Assembly: GCF_001194135.2 (NCBI RefSeq)
Contig: NC_068997.1
Coordinates: 16,068,051-16,106,612, forward strand
Reading direction: 5' to 3'
From: Octopus bimaculoides
Lineage: Eukaryota
DNA: 38,562 bases
Both the position numbers and the translations under genes were made by a program. The notes beneath the pieces were generated by a model. The model worked only from the letters and a program-made list of their open reading frames with translations. It did not search any database and was not told where the DNA came from. How positions within the stretch are numbered: the stretch's first letter is position 1; each line of letters begins with the position of its first letter. Below are positions 1-11,975 of the stretch, one piece after another.

Positions 1-84
<84 letters not shown>

Positions 85-869
85 CTATGTATGTGTCCGT
101 TATGTGTATGAGAGAGAGTGTGTGTGTGTGTGTGTATTTATTAATGTGCAGTGTAACTTTAATAATTTGTAGTGAATATTTCAAACGCATATAATATGTA
201 TGTATAAATGTATACACTGATTTATTGCGTGTTTGGTCTATGTGTGTGTGTGTGTGTGTGTGTGTTTGTGTGTTATGCGTTACTAATTATTAATGTCTGC
301 GTAACTTGAGTAATATCTAATGCACATTTGAAAGCTATATATTATGTATATATAATGTGTGTGGTCTAGTTTATTGTGTGTGTGTGTGTGTGTGTGTGTG
401 TGCATACCATTATGAAGTATATGAAGTTATATGCAGTGATGTGTGTGGTCTGATATGCTGTAAGTATGTGGATACGCATGTGTGTTTATACGTGAGAGCA
501 TACGTGTGCATATACGCTTGTGTATGCACTTGAGTGTGTGTGTAATGTGTGCGTGTCTGGTACTGATAAATAATATCGATGTGACCTTAAGTGATGTTTG
601 ATGTATGTTTTAAAAATATATATAGATATATAGATAGATATAGATGTGCGTGTGGTCTGATTTGTTTTATATATGTGTGTGTGTGTGTGTGTGTGCGTGC
701 GTGTGTGTGCATATCTGTATGTACAGTTCATGCAAGTATATATATATTTTTCGTTAAGTGCAGTTTATGCCTCTATATCTACGTGTCTTTGCGTGTAATG
801 TGTCTGTGTGTGCACTTGTATGTATGTGTATGACCTTACGTGTGTGTGTGTGTGTGTGTGTGCGTGCGT

Positions 870-901
<32 letters not shown>

Positions 902-1260
902 GGGTGTACGGACGTATGTATGTATGAATGCATGTATATATTCGTATCTGAGTATGCATACAAATTTTATAAGTTATATATAAATATATACTAATATATA
1001 TATATAGATATATACACACACACACACACACCGACACACACACACATGCACTTATATATATTTATAGCTATCTGTCTGTCTGTCTGTCTCTCTCCTTCTC
1101 TCTCCATCTCTCTCTCTATCTATCTATCTATCTATCTATCTATCGCTGTTCGTAAAATCTATTTCCACATACAAATTTGTATGAGCATCCGATATTTACG
1201 TGTCTGCATGCTTATTGTTTCATATATATATATATATGCATGTGTATGTGTGTGTGTATA

Positions 1261-1318
<58 letters not shown>
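1..1318. repeat. Compound microsatellite block: (TA)n, (TG)n/(CA)n, (TATC)n, (TC)n
   Basis: Read directly; the overlapping ORFs are YIYI/CVCV/THTH repeat translations. Confidence 0.95.
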
Positions 1319-1319
<1 letters not shown>

Positions 1320-1524
1320 GAAACTCGGAGTTTTATCATGGCTACTGAATAAGTGTCACATATTTTTACAGANNNNNNNNNNNNNNNNNNNNNNNNNNNN
1401 NNNNNNNNNNNNNNNNNNNNNNNNNNNNNNNNNNNNNNNNNNNNNNNNNNNNNNNNNNNNNNNNNNNNNNNNNNNNNNNNNNNNNNNNNNNNNNNNNNNN
1501 NNNNNNNNNNNNNNNNNNNNNNNG

Positions 1525-1580
<56 letters not shown>

Positions 1581-1973
1581 CATATATCTCCATTTTCTAT
1601 CTTTGTGTACGTCCAACGTATACGTATAAAACATATAGTACGCGCACACACATACATATATGCATACATATATACATACACCGAAAGAGACAGCACAAGG
1701 TATACAGAAAGCGAGAGAGAGAGAGAGATTAAATGAATTTAAGAGAACTAAAGTAAAGGGACTCTTGGTACGAGAGAATAGCAGGAGATAAAAGGTGTAT
1801 TTGGTTATAATCGATGTTACGGATTAACACGTCGCTAATAGTCTCATAACTTGAGTTTAAAATCCACCTCACTCTTTGGAGTAAGTGAGCGACTTTTCCA
1901 CTTAGACTCTCTCTGTGTACGCTTGTGAAACTGCCGGACGTTGCATACAGTTTGGGTGTGTTTGTGCTTGCCT

Positions 1974-1974
<1 letters not shown>

Positions 1975-2009
<35 letters not shown>

Positions 2010-2046
2010 CGATTCAGAGCGATACATATTTCTATCTATCTATCTA

Positions 2047-2110
<64 letters not shown>
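1975..2110. repeat. (TG)n, (TATC)n and long (TA)n microsatellites
   Basis: Read directly. Confidence 0.95.
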
Positions 2111-2112
<2 letters not shown>

Positions 2113-2706
2113 TACCTTACACATATATTTTTTTCCTCATCATATATGTGTGGCTGTATTTAGATTTGTTTTCACACTTGTTTTAACACACACACATACA
2201 CACTACTGACACATGTAAACGCTAACAGACATACAGAAACACACATATACATGCACATACACAGACACACACGCACTCACATACCCACGGAGATATACAC
2301 ACAAACGTTTCTGCGCCAACATATACTTAGGACACCGATTCCCATGTTAACGATGCCGTGACACAAGCAAAGTTACCAATATCTTAACATTGATTCAATC
2401 ACTTAAACTATAAACATACACACGCACATTAACACACACACACACACATGCACACGCACACACACATACACACATTCAAACAATATACATACACTTATGC
2501 ATATATATATATATATGCTAATATGTGGTGTTATGTGTACATATAAATTCATTCTTGACATATATATTCATATTCATGTGTGTGTGTGAACATATCTAAT
2601 GTATCCATCTGTATGTGTGTGTGTGTGTGTGTGTGTTTGTATGTGCTTGTATATTCATATGTATGTATACCGATGTGTGTAAATACATCATATATCTATC
2701 TATCTA

Positions 2707-2755
<49 letters not shown>

Positions 2756-2967
2756 NNNNNNNNNNNNATATATCTTTGGCGTGACCAATAGGCGGATATG
2801 TAGATTGATGGGGAGAGGAGTGGGGTGAGAAAGCTGCGCGCGCGCGAGCGTGTGTGCTTGTGTATGTATACATATATCTTTCTGTGAGTTGTGGGTGTAT
2901 ACATCTTTGCATATGTATAAATATACACACATACTCACAAACAAACATATATAAAGATATATATACT

Positions 2968-3002
<35 letters not shown>

Positions 3003-3374
3003 ATATATGTGTGTGTATAATGTATATGTATAATGTATACATGTACGTATGTATAAATTCCTTTGGCTATGTTCGACAGAAAAGGTACTCAGTTCCATGG
3101 TGGTGTTAATATATATCTATTATATATTTCGAAACAGCTAATGCTGTTCCTTCGTTGTCGATAATTCCCCCGGTGTGTTGGTAAACTGTATGCAAATGTG
3201 TTCGTATATGTGTATATGCATATGCTTGTATGTGATGTTTGCGAATATATATATATACTCTTGTAAATGATCAACTGTGTAATTATTTTGATGTGTGTGT
3301 GCGTGAATTGGATGCGAATAGAGTACATCACTTTCGAATACCTTCACCCGTTGGTTAACATGGTAGCATTTTAT

Positions 3375-3445
3375 GTGGTCATATGAGTTGCTAGAAATAG
3401 CAACCGAGCGTCATTTATACCACGCACATCACCTTGTAAAAAAAA
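3375..3445 (+). mobile_element. Fragment of an interspersed repeat (family F, core CTAGAAATAGCARCC)
   Basis: The same motif recurs at 8719-8733 (+), 12755-12769 (-) and 25064-25080 (-). Confidence 0.5.
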
Positions 3446-4174
3446 AAGAGCAAAAACAATGTGCACATTGGAAAAAATAGTCTGCGATAAACGGCGAGAG
3501 AAAAAAATGTACCAAATATATTTTAAAAAATAACTATCTCTTCTTCTTGGACTGGATACTCCTTGTTGCTGTTGTCGGAATTACACGGACATTTAGCGGA
3601 GTTACCATTCGCTATTAAGAAGACTCTTGGATATACCAAAGTTTTAAATCATTTTTTTTGTTCTTGTGATTAATACCAGCATTTTTGGATTCTCTTCTTT
3701 CGTTTCGAGCAATCGAGTGAGGTGACCAACTGGCAGATAGCTATGTTTGAAACGTCGGATAGATTATGTCACGTTTCGGTTCTTTGTGCACAGAGTTCCA
3801 ATCCTATTGAAGCCGACTTTAATTTTTCATCCTTGCGGGGGTCATTGACTATAAGGAACCAAGTTCTGAGATGAATTTCTTCCCACTACTCTCTCTCTTT
3901 CTCTCTCTCTCTCTCTCTGTGTGTCACCACTGCAATGGATAGGAAGATATGATAAACTTAGCTACTTAATATATATATATATATATGTAATTCGGATGTT
4001 GCTTTATTTTTCGAGTTCCTGCCCAACTAAGGTCAGCTTTGTCGGACAATCTTCCGTGTTCGATAAAACAGAATATCAATAAGCGAGTACCGAGTTCAAT
4101 TTAATTAAACATGACCTTATGGCAGGCTGTCACTATGTTAAAAATATGTGTTTGTGTGCGCGCATGCGGTGTTT

Positions 4175-4176
<2 letters not shown>

Positions 4177-4230
<54 letters not shown>
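4177..4230. repeat. (CA)n microsatellite
   Basis: Read directly. Confidence 0.95.
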
Positions 4231-4232
<2 letters not shown>

Positions 4233-5169
4233 TTAAATATACGTAATAATAACAATAATCTTTGGATTAAATCTATAAATTCCAAGGATTGTTATCATTA
4301 TTGTATTCATCCTACATTATATCGATACAGTTCGATGCAACCCCAAAGAACTGGTTCACCAGCACCATTAGACTGTGGCCGACATAATAGTATAGATTTA
4401 TTTGCACATTCAAAACGTTTCCCACAGGCAAATCTTTGTGTATGTGTGTAGTATATACGTATATAAATAGGCGTATGTATATTCACACACATATACATAT
4501 AGATAGATAGATAGATAGATAGAAACATACATATCATACCAGTTATTATTTTTGACGTTTGTTTCGAAAGCGAAGCGATTTATGTTCTTCCCTAAATTGT
4601 TTAAATTCAGAGAGAAACAGGGCGAAATTGTTGTGGTCGTGTGTCCATAGTAACTCTGGATGTCATGTTAGAGCGTCTAGAACTCAGCGGAAGCAGATCG
4701 ACCATTATTGAATGCAGAAAACCTTGCGGAAACGGAAGAAGATATCGGAGATGACATGATAAGCATTTCAAATCCACAGCAGAACATTTTACGATGTATT
4801 TTTAAAAGCCTGTAGGCTGGACTTCTTATATGCAGCTCTCCATATTTCGGCAGTTCACAATATCCGACGCATTTTGTATCTGATATCATTAGTTTGTACT
4901 ACATGAAAGAAGTGGTGTGTTCATATTGCAAGAAACAATGGAAGCATAATTACATTTATAATTTTCTGTTTTACATTTTGTTCTATCCTTCATGTCTAAT
5001 TATTCATCTAGCTGTCTATCTATCAACATCCCTCCTCCCCCTCTCTATATATATCCTTCTCTAGCTATGTTTGTGTGTGTGTGTGTGTGTGTACATATGT
5101 ATATATATATGTATATGTATGTATATATAGATATATACATATGTATATATCTATATATGTATATGTATG

Positions 5170-5405
5170 TGTGTGTATATGTTTGTGTATCTGTGTTTGT
5201 CCCCCCCCCCACCACCACAACATCGCTTGACAACCGATGGTGGTGTGTCTACGTCCCCGTAACTTAGCGGTTCGGCAAAATAGACCGATAGAATAAGTAC
5301 TAGGCTTACAAAGAATAAGTCCTGGAGTCGATTTGCTCAACTAAAGGCGGTGTTCCAGCATGGCCGCAGTCAAATGTCTGAAACAAGTAAAAGAGTAAAA
5401 GAGTA
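5170..5405 (+). mobile_element. SINE family A, 3' half, starting at the internal microsatellite
   Basis: Matches 31950-32163 (CCCCACCA..CATCGCTTGACAACCGATG...GGCGGTG.TCCAGCATGGCCGCAGTCAAATG) and ends in a (GTAAAAGA)2 tail. No head upstream. Confidence 0.9.
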
Positions 5406-5804
5406 TACATACATAGATATGTGTGTTTGAGTAATATTCGTATATATATGTGCGTGTGTGTGTATGTCTGTATGTATATGTAAATTAACATGCAATATAT
5501 ATAATTATTTGGTATTATGCTGTTATGCGTAGAGGCTCTTCTTAAGGGGTCAGTTTCTGTTTCTGGTATTATTCTCTAGAATAACAATGGTCAAGTCCCA
5601 AAGGTCCCTCAGGCCCCAAGGTTGCCAGATTTAAGAGGTCCAGACCGGACAATAAATTCTACATCACTGCAGTTCATCCGAAATACGAACGAAATTTGAG
5701 ATCGTTAACTTGCAGTAGACTGACTTCCGATGGACTCCTACTGGTAGCTGTCTTAAATTACAAGAGACTATTAGCCTCTTGTAATTTTGGCGGAATCTTT
5801 AGAG

Positions 5805-5914
5805 CCGTGGTCCTCAATCGGGGTCCGTATAAACCCTGGTTTTCCATATAACATTTTTGGGAGTCCGCATACACGAAATACTAAATTATCTCAAAGATCC
5901 ATGAAAGTATTTTG

Positions 5915-5958
<44 letters not shown>

Positions 5959-6024
5959 ACAGTAGTAGTGGTTAAGAGCGCTGGCTACTAACCCCAAGAT
6001 TCCGAGTTCGATTCCAAGCAGTGA

Positions 6025-6069
<45 letters not shown>

Positions 6070-6789
6070 NNNNNNNNNNNNNNNNNNNNNNNNNNNNNNN
6101 NNNNNNNNNNNNNNNNNNNNNNNNNNNNNNNNNNNNNNNNNNNNNNNNNNNNNNNNNNNNNNNNNNNNNNNNNNNNNNNNNNNNNNNNNNNNNNNNNNNN
6201 NNNNNNNNNNNNNNNNNNNNNNNNNNNNNNNNNNNNNNNNNNNNNNNNNNNNNNNNNNNNNNNNNNNNNNNNNNNNNNNNNNNNNNNNNNNNNNNNNNNN
6301 NNNNNNNNNNNNNNNNNNNNNNNNNNNNNNNNNNNNNNNNNNNNNNNNNNNNNNNNNNNNNNNNNNNNNNNNNNNNNNNNNNNNNNNNNNNNNNNNNNNN
6401 NNNNNNNNNNNNNNNNNNNNNNNNNNNNNNNNNNNNNNNNNNNNNNNNNNNNNNNNNNNNNNNNNNNNNNNNNNNNNNNNNNNNNNNNNNNNNNNNNNNN
6501 NNNNNNNNNNNNNNNNNNNNNNNNNNNNNNNNNNNNNNNNNNNNNNNNNNNNNNNNNNNNNNNNNNNNNNNNNNNNNNNNNNNNNNNNNNNNNTTGCAAG
6601 AAACATCTTCTTTCTCTGACATTTTTTACATAGTTCAACCTAAACAAGTGAATGTGTGAAGAACAAAGTAGGTATTTTGAAAGAAATATCTACAAAACTA
6701 GTTTTACACCATAAAATGGCTAAGGGAAGCCACCAGAATAAAATAGTAATCAAAGGTGTCCCTAGATAAAGAATGCTAGAGAACCACTG
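5805..6789. mobile_element. hAT/Charlie-like MITE, interrupted by a tRNA-derived insert and an assembly gap
   Basis: Left end CCGTGGTCCTCAA (5805); right end TAGAGAACCACTG (ends 6789, reverse complement CAGTGGTTCTCTA). 8-bp flanks CTTTAGAG / CATAAGAG (6/8), resembling the NTCTAGAN Charlie target. The gap prevents proving both ends belong to one element. Confidence 0.6.
5958..6069 (+). mobile_element. tRNA-derived SINE head followed by (AAT)n, running into a gap
   Basis: A-box-like TAGTAGTGG, B box GAGTTCGATTCC (6004-6015), loop-like CTACTAA (5985-5991) with a poorly pairing stem, then (AAT)n. Confidence 0.7.
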
Positions 6790-6861
6790 CATAAGAGCGT
6801 CGAAAGAAAATGTTTTGCTCTACTTCTTTCGATTCCTTGCATTCTGATCTCATATTTCCGC

Positions 6862-6985
6862 AGAAGCCGACTTTGCCCTTCATTCTTTCGGGGTTGATAA
6901 ATTAAGTACCAGTGAAGCACTGGGGTCGATGTAATCGATTTACTCCCGCTACTAAGTTTTGGTGGTCTTGCGCTAAAATCAGGAC
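6862..6985 (+). mobile_element. SINE family D, 3' fragment
   Basis: GACTTTGCCCTTCATTCTTTCGGGGTTGATAAATTAAGTACCAG...ACTGGGGTCGATGTAATCGA matches the D copies at 7435 and 26454. Confidence 0.8.
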
Positions 6986-7237
6986 TATATTTGCGTTATC
7001 CGCTTTTTTCTTTAAGTGGTCAGCCACCAGTCAGACCAGCTGGATCAGCAATGTGGTCAGCAATTTTTACTCTATTATTATTTACCTATTGATGTGGACA
7101 TACTTCGGTCGTTTTATTTTATTTCGTTTTTGTCTTTTTTTATAATTTTTTTTTGTTTGTTTTTTGCTTCTTATTTTACTTCAATCAGTTTTGGTGTTAC
7201 CCTCAGAAAAAAAAATAACAGAAAGTGGAATGTTTAC

Positions 7238-7353
7238 CTGTTTGAGTAGTCACTCTTGTTGACCACCAGAATTGTTTGGAATTTATTACTTGTTGATGCA
7301 TTTGTAAAGAAAATGTCACAGTTTCAATTCCATTGTATTTTTGTCGTCCATAC
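7238..7353 (-). CDS. Candidate internal exon of an unidentified minus-strand transcript (YGRQKYNGIETVTFSLQMHQQVINSKQFWWSTRVTTQT)
   Basis: Acceptor TTTTTTTTTCAG and donor CAG|GTAAAC; 116 nt; only the phase-2 frame is open; non-repeat sequence. No homology recognised. Confidence 0.35.
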
Positions 7354-7434
7354 CTGAAAAAAAAAATGCATCGGTTCCTGCGATTAGGTTTTATAAGGAT
7401 TCTATATCCGTTCATTACCATTATTTTTAGCAGT

Positions 7435-7660
7435 AAGGCAGCGAGCAGGCAGAATCGCAAGAGAACCGGGCAGAATGCTTGGCGGCATTTTGTCTGTCTT
7501 TACGTTCTGAGTTCAAATCCCACCGAGGTCGACTTTACCTTTCGTCCTTTCGGGATCTATGAAATTAGTACCGGTTGATCACTGGGGTCGATGTAATCGA
7601 CTTGCACCTCACCACGAAAACAGTTTCAGGCCTTGTACCTATACTAGAAAGAGTAATTAC
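7435..7660 (+). mobile_element. SINE family D, near full length
   Basis: Head GGCAGCGAGCAGGCAGAATCG, B-box-like GAGTTCAAATCC, body GAGGTCGACTTTACCTTTC, tail TTTCAGGCCTTGTACCTATACTAGAAAG. Confidence 0.85.
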
Positions 7661-7773
7661 TACCAATTGGTCTTATTGCAATTCTATACGCGGTAACTGT
7701 GATCTGACTTAAACTGGTCCCACAACCGGTTATTGTTATCAGTTTTAATAAAGATTCCTTAACCTGTTATTGT

Positions 7774-8144
7774 GGAGGCGCAGTGGCCCAATGGTTAGGG
7801 CAGTGGACTCGCGGTCATAGAATCGCGGTTTCGATTCCCAGACCGGGCGTTGTGAGTGTTTATTGAGCGAAAAACACCTAAAGCTCCACAAGGTTCCGGC
7901 AGGGGATGGTGGCGAACTCTGCTGTACTCTTTCACCACAACTTTCTCTCACTCTTACTTCCTGTTTCTGTAGTTCCTGTATTTCCAAGGGCCAAATTTGT
8001 CATACTCTGTGTCACACTGAATCTTCCCGAGAACTACGTGTCTGTGGAGTGCTCGGCCACTTGCACGTTAATTATCACGAGCAGGCTGTTCCGTTGATCG
8101 GATCAACTGGAACCCTCGACGTCGTAAGCGACGGAGTGCCAACG
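7774..8144 (+). mobile_element. SINE family B, full length with target-site duplication
   Basis: A box TGGCCCAATGG, B-box-like GGTTTCGATTCC. Tail ...GATCAACTGGAACCCTCGACGTCGTAAGCGACGGAGTGCCAAC is shared with 37735-37920 and 27549-27700. TSD ACCTGTTATTGT (7762-7773) / ACCTGTTATTAT (8145-8156). Confidence 0.92.
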
Positions 8145-8255
8145 ACCTGTTATTATGATCAATCTTACAGCGATTCCGAACTCGATTTTTATGAGCAGTC
8201 ATATTGTGATTCCTTCTTTTTTCTTCTTTTTTTTTTACCATTGGAACAAGAATAC

Positions 8256-8295
<40 letters not shown>

Positions 8296-8349
8296 ATTGG
8301 AAAAGTGAAAGAATGCTTCATTACTGACAGCCATATTCTCGGTCCTCAC

Positions 8350-8440
8350 TCTTGAAAGTAGAAAGGCAAACATTGACTTCGGTCAGATTTGAACTGAGAA
8401 GCTACAAGGGAGAAAACTAAATACCAAACAGGCGTTAGAC
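8350..8440 (-). mobile_element. Highly degenerate SINE family D fragment
   Basis: GAAAGGCAAACATTGACTTCGGTCAGATTTGAACTGAGAA resembles D (GAAAGGCAAAGTCGACCTCGGTGGAATTCGAACTCAGAA at 20484-20521). Confidence 0.5.
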
Positions 8441-8689
8441 TGATACGCGGTCGTTGCTGGCCACTGCATCGATTGTACTAGTCTGGTTATAATAATTGTA
8501 TCTGATTTAAGCACAAGGATACAATATACATCTGTGGGCTTTGGTGTCGGTAGTAGTAATGGCTGGCTGGCTAATTGGCTGGCTGGATGGATGGATAGAG
8601 GGAGGGAGGAATGGATGGATGGGTGGGTGGGTGTAATTATTTGACAGTCTCTGATTTTACGAGACTTTTAGAATGTTGAGCCATCGAGG

Positions 8690-8790
8690 GGATCTCTATG
8701 TAGTTGTTATTTGGTCAGCTAGAAATAGCAGCCATTCTCCCTTGAAGCCCCTACCTTATCATTAAGAAAAAGGACATCCCGGATAACGAC
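8690..8790 (+). mobile_element. Family F repeat fragment
   Basis: GGTCAGCTAGAAATAGCAGCCATTCTCCCTTGAAGCCCCTACC; see the other F copies. Confidence 0.5.
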
Positions 8791-8825
8791 CTGCTTTTAG
8801 ACTTACCTTTTTACCTGTTGTCTTT

Positions 8826-9064
8826 AACTGGTTTCAATCATTGGACGGCAGCCCAGCGGTTTCCACCTTGAGTAGTTTAGTAGGCAAATCTACTCTAATA
8901 CTTTTTTGTTTTAAATCGGCTACTACTTATCTTACTCTCTTTTGACGAACCGTCATGTTAGGGGAGCCAAAACAAACCAACACCGATTACAAAGTTGTAG
9001 AGGGACAAATACAAAGAAAAACACATGCATACATTCATTACATATATATATAAGCGTGTGTGTG

Positions 9065-9097
<33 letters not shown>

Positions 9098-9310
9098 NNN
9101 NNNNNNNNNNNNNNNNNNNNNNNNNNNNNNNNNNNNNNNNNNNATACATACACACACACACACACACATACGATAGGCTTCCACAGTTTCCCTCGACCAA
9201 ATTCATTCACAGTTCATTGTTTGGCCCGGACCAAAAGATACTCAGCCAAGGTGTCACGCAGTGGGCCCGAACCTGACGCTACATGGCTGTAAAGTGAGCT
9301 TCTATACTGG
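8826..9310 (-). mobile_element. Degenerate SINE family A copy, with its central microsatellite spanning a gap
   Basis: Colinear with 30586-30994: tail GTTTCAATCATTGGAC..., TTTGACGAACCG, (TA)n/gap/(CA)n, then CAAGGTGTCACGCAGTGGGCCCGAACC. Confidence 0.7.
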
Positions 9311-10050
9311 GTCTGAAAAATGTAAAAGACGGATGATCACAGGTACTATACATTTGAACATAGGTCAGCACGATTTGAATAGACGTAATGGTGGAAGAGG
9401 GTAAAGAATAACAACCCCACGACAATGAAAAATGAAATGGAACATCGCAGTGTTTGAACACGTGATTCCTAATATCATCATATATCTACAAATTTTGAAG
9501 CTATATGGAGAGAGAAGCAATGATTCAGTTGACTCTAGTAATACTCCTGGAACCTACTGGAAAAACCGAAGTTGATTCTACACAGACTGAATACCGAAAC
9601 TTAGAGTAAGGAACTAAATAAATAGCAAACACTATTTCATTTTGTTACCCTAGGGTTTCTTACCACACCGTTTTCACTTTCAAGAGTGTCATTAAACTTG
9701 ATTATGTAGATGATAAGAACGATGCAGGTTCATATAGTTCCATGGTCGACTGAGTCCTTGATGATGTTAGAACAGGTTTCCCGTGGTCCTAAAACCTACG
9801 CTCAGACACAGAAGGGTGGTCCATCTAATATATAAACGTGTGTGTGTGGTATGGGTAAATGAATAAAGGGATGGATGTATGCACGCAATCATCGATCCGG
9901 TTCTGAGAGATCTTAAGAGGGACCCTATGAATTTCCGACGGGGTTGGAGGAAGTCACACAATCTTCAAAGATTTGTACCCCAAGGCAAGACCATTCTACT
10001 TTGCAAAATTTCTCTCCGTGTCCCAATATGAATATATGTTCTCTTCCTCT

Positions 10051-10770
10051 TTATAATTTAGAATAAGCATCTTGTTTTAACCACCGTCCTTTAAATTTCA
10101 AGAATGTCTTGCAGATTTCTATCGTCCTAGACATCGTGGTCGTTTCTAGAATATGAATTAAGGATTTGCATTCTCTTTCCAACATCCCAGATTCCAGGCG
10201 TGTTGGTATGTATCCTGTTGCTCGAATAATAATCGGTATGAAACTGTAATTGTATCTTAGGCACTGGATTTGCAAACTCCTTATCAATGACCCATAGATG
10301 TACTCTTTCGCTTATATTTTTCTAACCACATTCGTGTCCAGAAGGCAGCTAATTTCCACACAAGAACATATCTTTTCCTCATGGTCCCACAAAGCAATAT
10401 CTGGCCGGTTGTGCTTTAATTTTTAAGGTCCACCAATATTCTTTTGACACGTAAGTGTCAGTATAGTCACCTTCGTCTATAGGTGTTTTCTTTTTTGTTA
10501 TCTTATTCCATATTGCTCTGACCTCCGCGTCATGGGAAGAAAATACGTTGAAGACATTCTCTCGCAGTTGGCAATAACGTGGTTTATGTCTTCAGCCTTG
10601 GTCTTGTGCAGCCTATATTTCTTGTCTGTCAACGTGTTTGCATTTTATGCTGTAGGTACATGGTGGGGGTCTCGTTCTTGAATTGCATAGGGGTAGCCTT
10701 TGAAGTGGAATGTCATAAACTTGTCAGTACTCCATGTCAAGCATTTAGCATGATAAGTACCATCTGTGGT
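10051..10770 (-). mobile_element. 5'-truncated, degenerate R4/Dong-type RLE non-LTR retrotransposon (zinc knuckle plus restriction-like endonuclease)
   Basis: My translation: ..GYPYAIQER..TDKKYRLHKTKAEDINHVIANCERMSSTYFLPM (decayed CCHC) / KHNRPDIALWDHEEKICSCVEISCLLD (PD..E motif) / YGSLIRSLQIQ..YSFIPIII..TIEICKTFLKF. Contains stops and frameshifts. The 3' UTR may extend to about 9880. Confidence 0.85.
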
Positions 10771-11003
10771 ATGTATGTATGTAAGTATGTATGCAAGTTT
10801 ATATGTATGTACATACACTTGCGTGTATGTTGCATGCTGTACAGCACAAATTGACAAAGGGATGCATCTATTGTAAAAGAAAGAGGTTGCGTGAATTTAG
10901 AGCTCTAAATTAACTCATGTTCCTTCAGTGTGATAACAGTACCGACACTCGTGGATAACGAACAACTGTGACTAATGCCGGCCCCACTTACTCCTCTTTC
11001 TCT

Positions 11004-11005
11004 GA

Positions 11006-11036
<31 letters not shown>

Positions 11037-11115
11037 ATCTACTACTACTACTCTCTCCTTTTACTATAGCTATTACTACTACTACTACTACTACTACTCT
11101 CTCCTTTTACTATAG

Positions 11116-11147
<32 letters not shown>

Positions 11148-11450
11148 ACTACTACTACTACTCTCTCCTTTTACTATAGCTACTACTGCTGCTGCTGCTG
11201 CTACTACTACTACTACTACTACTACTCTCTCCTTTTACTATAGCTACTACTACTGCTGCTACTACTACTACTACTACTCNNNNNNNNNNCTCCTTTTACT
11301 ATAGCTACTACTACTGCTGCTACTACTACTACTACTACTACTACTCTCTCCTTTTACTATAGCTACTACTACTGCTGCTACTACTACTACTACTACTCTG
11401 TCCTTTTACTATAGCTACTACTACTGCTGCTGCTACTACTGCTACTACTA
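11004..11450. repeat. Compound minisatellite: fixed CTCTCTCCTTTTACTATAG unit plus variable (CTA)n/(CTG)n
   Basis: Seven visible units ending at 11069, 11115, 11179, 11243, 11304, 11362 and 11414; a 10-N gap lies inside. Confidence 0.92.
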
Positions 11451-11779
11451 CAAGCACAACTAAGAAGCAGCGGTGGTGGTAGTATCTTCACAATACTGCC
11501 AAACACAACGTCCAGATGCATCACCCATACCGTCTGCAGATCACGACTCGCATCCTCTCAACACCAATCCTATAACTGCAAAGTCCAGGCTCACATATAC
11601 AGAAGCAAAACATACATAGACATAAACATAACAGTAACCTCATTAGCCCACTTAGCCCCCCAAACACCCCATCTTCCTCATCTAAAAAAAAAAACATGGA
11701 AAAGAGGATAAAGCGATAAAACACATAATACTGTGTTGGGATAAAGATAAATGCAGGAAAATTACCAAATGTCAAGCGC

Positions 11780-11782
<3 letters not shown>

Positions 11783-11849
<67 letters not shown>

Positions 11850-11924
11850 TACACATTATATTTGTGTGTGTGTGTGTGTGTACATATAATGAATGTATGT
11901 ATATCCATGTTTGTATATATATGA

Positions 11925-11963
<39 letters not shown>

Positions 11964-11975
11964 CACACATACATG
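11783..11975. repeat. (TA)n/(CA)n/(TG)n microsatellite block
   Basis: Read directly. Confidence 0.9.

Noticed and set aside
1318-1372. GGAAACTCGGAGTT, resembling the 3' half of a Penelope-type hammerhead
   Set aside because: No CUGANGA upstream, only (TA)n, and the sequence runs into a gap; too little to call.
4677-4889. 70-aa minus-strand ORF MISDTKCVGYCELPKYG...
   Set aside because: No recognisable domain. An alternative frame fits the upstream candidate exon better, and neither is supported beyond splice-like motifs.
11004-11450. Thr/Ala-rich mucin-like or antifreeze-like reading of the (ACT)/(GCT) runs
   Set aside because: Unit lengths are 1 mod 3, so the frame shifts every unit and hits TAG.
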